Positions 54,791 to 64,000 of a stretch of DNA of 64,000 nucleotides are shown here, piece by piece; within the stretch, counting starts at the first letter, position 1, and every line of letters starts with the position of its first letter. Source of the DNA: the human T2T-CHM13v2.0 reference genome, Homo sapiens. A program made the position numbers and the translations under genes. Below the pieces are notes generated by a model, which was not told the origin of the DNA, made no database searches, and saw nothing but the letters and a program-made list of their open reading frames with translations. The stretch lies in the NCBI RefSeq assembly GCF_009914755.1, contig NC_060940.1; one strand, given 5' to 3'.

Positions 54791-55444
54791 GCGATGGCAG
54801 AGAGGGACTGCACCTCAAAAAAGCTCTCAGCCCCAGACCACAGTGCACAGGATCTCCTTGCCTCCTTGACTCAGCTTGCTGCTACCAGCTTTCAATTCAT
54901 TCTCCAGCTCCAGGTCCTGACGTGGAGCATGCCAGCCTCTCCTCTATTTCCCATCCACCTGTGGAGGAGATACTGATCATCCTCCCTTTCTGTGCCTTGG
55001 AGACAAGCCCCCCCTCACCCACCAATTAATTCAATTGTGTCACCTGTCCCTGTCGATCTCAGGTGCTCTGGCTTCATCCCTGCCCAGCTCTGGGATTGCC
55101 CTTCTTGCCTTTGTCCTCCACTTCTGACACATCCGTGTTCCTTGGACTTGATGATGTTTGACCTCAGCATTCCCTCCACCTCTGGCACTTACTGACCACT
55201 TTAGGAGGTCATTCCCCCAAACATGCACTGAAATGCCACCTTTGCCAAACACAACACTCTCCTCACCCAGCCCCCAAGGAAGACTGGCCCCTGATGACCA
55301 GGGTTGGCTCGGGGTGTTTGGAGGCCCCGGGAAACAGCCTTACTCAGAGCAGCAGCTCTGCTCCAAGTCATTGCTTTTCTCTTCTTCCATTTGTCACTGG
55401 AAACATCTTCACTCAACTTATTTTAAAAATTTCTGATAAGCTGA

Positions 55445-56255
55445 TGTATTAGTTAGGGTAACACTAGGTGAGGCAACAAATAAATCCCAAAACTTTAGTG
55501 GCTTACTATAATAGAAGTTTTGTTTTTCCTCCTATATGTAACAGTCTGATGTGAGTGACCCTGGACATTGGTGACACTGCATTCCAGATGTCAGTAACCT
55601 AGGCTCCTTCCACCATCCCCAGGGACCTCAGACTCCTCCACATCGCATAGGACATGCAGAAAGATGAAACAGACAGCCTTCCTCTTAAAGGTCCTAACCC
55701 CAAAGTGACCAGTATCAGGTCCAATGGTGAATTTGTTGCCGAACGCCAGATGTTCTGGCTAGGTCTATTTGTTTGCCACACGGAAAGTCAATCACTGAGA
55801 CAACAAATATTGCCAGGGAAAAAAGGCTTTAATGTGGGTGACACCAGCCAGGAGATAGGAGACCAGTTTCAAATCCACCTCTCCAACTAACTAAAGTTAG
55901 GGATTGATATAGGAGCTGGTCAGCAGGCAGCAGGTCAGATGAGGGGTCTGGCATATCATAGTGCCCACATGTAGGAAAACAGAAATTAGGGAGGGGTAAG
56001 AAAGATGAGTTGGTCAAGAGGCTGCAGGTGCTTCTCCTTGTCTGGATGCTGTGATAGGGGAAGTTTCCGTTCCTTGATACTGTCTAGGAGGCCTAATGGT
56101 CACTTTCCTGAGAAAGGAACTCAGATAAAACAAATCTAAGTTTTCAGGCTTCAGTTCTATGAGGAAATTGAGCTTGTTTCATATCTAGTTGTATGACCAT
56201 ACCTGGAGCAAGGGAGCCTGCGGAATGAAACAGTCACTTGCTATCATACCACATG
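55445..56255 (-). mobile_element. MLT1 LTR relic interrupted by an ERV1 LTR
   Basis: tgtattagttagggtaa..caaataaatcccaaaactttagtggctta. Confidence 0.55.
55734..56181 (-). mobile_element. MER66-like (MER4-group) LTR
   Basis: gaaagtcaatcactgagacaacaaatattgccaggg..aggctttaat..gttctatgaggaaattg..tttca. Confidence 0.6.
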
Positions 56256-56879
56256 ATGCGGAAGAAGCGCATGTTTTCAAAAAGTAGCCGGCTATCTCTG
56301 CTGTAATATCACCATTTTATTATTAGTCGTTCACCACAGGTAAATTGCTTTTTAAATTGATTTGTGTTGTGCGGACTCTCCGTGTGTTAACACCCACTGT
56401 TCAGTTTCCCAGTTATGATCATGGTGTGAACCAACAACGAGTAGCCTGCAGCAAATCAGAGCATTGCCAGGCTCCAACGGGATGAATCCCCTTGGGTTTT
56501 GAGTGGTTGGACCCTGAGGCATCCCCACAGACAAAGAGTTTTTGCAATGAAGCCAGGTCAAGAGAGATTTCAATTCTACATGGCACACAGAAGACTTCAT
56601 TTGACGTTAGTGAGTGTCCAGAACATCCCTTTCAATGGCTCATGAAAATTAAAACTCTGAAACCCAGTCTCCCATTTACAAACCCTGGTAAAAGGTGTCA
56701 TTCTGAGTGTACGGATTATAGAGGCTACACTGTGGGGATGCAGAAAGAGCATGCCCACATTCAGTGATTGCACAACGCCAAGCATCTCACAGGTTTCCCC
56801 TAAAAGTGAAAGGTCATGCAGATGGCGGTCCTTCTCTGGTCACACTTTAGATGGTCACCTAGAAAAAGTAGCAGTAGTA

Positions 56880-57100
56880 CACAGAGGTCAGGAAGCCAAG
56901 CTCTAGGTTCCCAGATCTATCTTTTGTTCCTTCTTTGACCTTGAACAAATTACCTAGCCATGCTAAGCTTCAGTTTCCTCAACCAACAAGTTGGAATGAT
57001 AACATCACGTACCTCCTGAGATTGTCATAATTATCCAATGCTTGCAAGGTGCTTAGCACAGTGCCTGGCACATAAAGAGTGTTCAGTAAACATTCGCTGT
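56880..57100 (+). mobile_element. MIR
   Basis: gaccttgaacaaattacc..cagtttcctc..gtgcttagcacagtgcctggcacata. Confidence 0.8.
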
Positions 57101-57471
57101 AGTTATCAGGAAGAGTTCACCTTCTGAAACAGTGTTATCTACTGATAACACCACCTGGCTTTGCAAGGTGGTGGTTCAGGATCCGTTAAAGGATCCAGTT
57201 TTGGAGGACACTGGAAGACTCATTTCTGAAGTCCTGAATGGAGAAAGGCCAGGGAGCTGATGGGGCTGACTGAACCCTATTCCAAAGAGTACAAGCACCT
57301 AGCCATGGAATACGCCAATCCTGACTGCAATGAAGTCAGAACCAGTCTTTGTATGAGGACAGGGCAGGGACGACTCCCTTTAGACCTCCAAACTAGATCT
57401 TGAGACAATAAGTCAAACAGGAACGGGAAACATGTGCAACTTACGTATCTGTCCCAGAGCTCGCTCGCTTG

Positions 57472-57951
<480 letters not shown>

Positions 57952-59410
57952 CTAAATAAAGAAAAAGAAAAATAGTTAGATTAGTGCACAAAGATTTCTG
58001 AATAAGGGTATTTACAATGATGGAAAGCTGGAAGCAATCTAGCTATCCAACAATAGAGGATCTGTTAAACAATAATGCTAAGCCCATAGTATTATGCACA
58101 CATTAAAAAAACATAATGCTGATCTCTATTAATATGCAAAAACATTTCTGATTCAGTATTTAGGGGGAAATCAGATTGAAACAAGGCTCTTCGTTTAAAA
58201 AGCATGTATGCAGCATTTACTAGGTACTAAGAACTATACCAAGGTCTTTGCATATATTACCTTAATTTAATCCTCACAACCCTGTGATGCAGAAGCCACA
58301 TGATGATAAGGCCTATGAGGGAAGAGGGTGGAACCAGGTCCTCGATGGCATCTTTGAGCCGTGCCCTACCTGAGAATGCCTATATGTTTTTATTACAAAT
58401 AAAAAGGAAATAAATAAATCCCTATCTCTTTAAGTCAGTGTTAGGTTTTCCTATTCATTGCAGCCAGTTACAATCCTAATTCATAAAATTTGTAAGTGGC
58501 AAGGATAGGATCTAACCACTCCTACAAAGGTGACAATCTGGGGCTGATAGCACAAAAGGAGATAGGAGAAGACCTGACTTTTCTCTGGGCTGCGTTGGTC
58601 CAATGCATTCTTCCACAAGCATGCAATGTCTCCACTCCGCCTTGCTCAGCCATAAATACCCTGTTGTTGCCTTCTGTCACTCCAGTTGTGCTACTTGGCC
58701 TGTTCCCCCGTACTAGACCCAGGAGTTTGGGGAAGCCAGGACACTCCTCAGGGTCATCATTCCTCTCTGAACTCATGGCTCAGTCAGGTTCATTGCCAGA
58801 AAGACACTTTGCATCTCTTCTGCTCATTGCAATTCAGTCACGTCAGAGCAGCCCACAGGATCTGAATGCAATTTTCTTATTGAATTAGGCTAAATCCTTC
58901 AGGGAAGGAGGCAAAATTATTTAAAACCTATAAAAACTAAAGCAATATTCTGGCTCTATATTTTAACTTTCTGATCATTATTTAGAGTTAACCTTTTCTG
59001 CTGTTAAATCACAAACCCATTTTGCTGTATATCAGGCAGCATGGGCCATAAGGCATGGGGAAAAAATAAAACAGCCAGGCAAAGAATAGACCTGGGGGTT
59101 GCTCCTTGGCGCAGGCAGATAATAGAAATCGAGGTGGCATTTTGCTCTTAGAAATCAAAAGTATCAGGAGGTGATTCATTGAAGCAGCAAAAGAAATGAG
59201 TTGTAGCAGCGTTGTTATAAATATTAGAGCAATAGATTAGGGATGAGGTGTGTTTCTGTGGAATAATGCCCTGACTGGGAAATGAGAATTCATGAGTCGG
59301 GCAGATGCGGGATGGAACCCTGTGCCTGGGATCTCACCAAATTATTTATTCCCTTTGAGCTTAAATCTCTCCATATATAAAATGAAGAAAAAAATAACGC
59401 ATTCAATTAG

Positions 59411-59750
<340 letters not shown>

Positions 59751-60409
59751 TTTTCTCATTTTTTAAATGATGAAGGCAAGGCATAGGGGAGTTAAGTGAC
59801 TTACCACAGCAGTCAGAAATGGCAAAGCTGAGGTCTGACCTAAGGCAGGCAGCTGCAGAAACAACGTACCTGTGCACGGTAAATAAAGTAATAAATAGAA
59901 AGCACTTATGATGGTGTCTGACATATAGCAGGTACTCAATACACGCGGGATGGATAATTTGTATAAATTGGTATTTATAGTCAGGTGTAGATGTAATTTT
60001 TATAAATATGTTTTATCAATAATTTTACCAATAACCAGCCTAATTCCTATTTATCATTTTTCCAAAGAAGCCTATAATAAATCCCAAAAATAGGTTGGAT
60101 GCCCCTGTGATGCTATTACAGCACCCTGTATTTTTTCTTCATAGGCATTTAAAGGCAATTAATTATTCTTGTGATTAGCTATTTCAAATGCAACTTCCAC
60201 TCCAGTACCGTGGGTTTCATGAGGGCAGAGAACGGGCCTCTCCAGCAACTAGCATGGTGCCTGGTATATGAAGTATTTGTTCACTCAACAATAACTAACA
60301 ACTGTTTACTATTCTAGGCACTGGAAACCAAGTCCCTGCCCTCTCTACTCTAGTGAAGGGAAACAGACAGTAAATGAACAAACTAGTAAGCACCTGGTAT
60401 ATCAAATGG

Positions 60410-60762
60410 TGTCTTTACCAAAGGCTGCAATAACAAGAGTACTATAGACTCACTGGCTTAAGCAACAACCATTTATTTCTCCTGGTTCTGGAGGCTGGGA
60501 AGTCCAACATCAAGGTGCCAGGAGATCCAGTGTCTGGTGAGGGCTCTCTTCCTAGTTTGCAGAGGACCATCTTCTTCTTGTATTCTCACATGACCAAAAG
60601 AAAAATTATCTCTCTTCTTTCTCCTCTTACAAGGTCACTAATCCCATTCAAGAGGTTTTCACCCTCATGACTTAATTACCTCCTAACTCCTAATACAATC
60701 ACAGTAAGGGTTAGGATCCCAACATTTAAATTTGAGGGGACAAAAACATTCAGTCCATAACA
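60410..60762 (-). mobile_element. MLT1A0-type LTR inserted in a minus-strand L2
   Basis: ttctggaggctgggaagtccaa.atcaaggtgcc..acattcagtccataaca; perfect 5-bp TSD aatgg. Confidence 0.88.
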
Positions 60763-61361
60763 AATGGTATAAGTTGTCGAAGAACTATAAATTAGGGGAA
60801 GGGAAAGAGATGCTCGGGAGCAGGGGACTATTTTATACAGAGGTGGCAGAGAAGTTCTGTTGATAAGATGGCCTGATTAGGCAGATAGATGGGAGAGATG
60901 GTGAAAATATCTGCAGAAAGAGTTTTTCAGGCAGAGGAAACAGCAAGTTCAAAGACCCTAAGGCAGAAAAGTGTTTGGCATGTTGAAGGTCAGTGTGGCT
61001 GGAAGAGAATAGGTTTGATTTAAGGAGTGGAGGAGATGAGGTCAGAAGGGAAACTAGTGCCAGACAATAGATGAATAATTGTATGAAAGAACATTCACAA
61101 ACATCAGGAGACCTAGACAGTGCAGGGTTGGTGGGCTTTGCAACACTGATGAGCTCTGAGCAATTACTGCAAAAACACAGCCTCTGGCCTGAAGAGGGAT
61201 AGGACATGGCCACAGTCTCCCAATATTCCAAGGGCTGCCATGGAGGATATAATTTCACTTCATTTGGGACAATTCCAGGGCTAGGCTGGGATCAATGATG
61301 GCTCTAACATGAAGGCAGATTTCAGTTCAAGAAAGAGACAAATATTTAAAAGTCACAGCAG

Positions 61362-64000
<2,639 letters not shown>

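Overview
64 kb of primate (human-like; AluY and L1PA present, so a catarrhine) non-coding genomic DNA. I find no supportable protein-coding exon, RNA gene or CpG island. The longer ORFs in the track are Alu-, LTR-, L1- or simple-repeat-derived. Much of the window is interspersed repeats: about 32 Alus (25 on +, 7 on -), 8 L1 fragments (all on +), many L2/MIR relics, DNA transposons (MER2, MER5, Ricksha) and more than 20 LTRs, including a nested LTR pile-up at 41.6-45.5 kb. The most unusual structures are: (i) a 25 x 26-bp minisatellite at 20.3-21.0 kb that, with its flank, carries 31 same-strand AGGAAGT (ETS-type) sites, close to a ~650-bp GATA array and a ~620-bp polypyrimidine tract within a 15.5-kb Alu-free zone; (ii) a 14 x 24-bp minisatellite at 4.2-4.55 kb whose consensus unit is a fused 3'/5' splice-site-like motif and E-box; (iii) a MER41B-type LTR with two intact GAS (STAT1) sites and a MER41A-type LTR lacking them; (iv) a 17-bp hairpin beside an enhancer-like unique segment at 11.8-12.4 kb; (v) old local duplications. 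Repeat subfamily names are from recall of consensus sequences and need RepeatMasker/Dfam confirmation. All functional proposals are inference.
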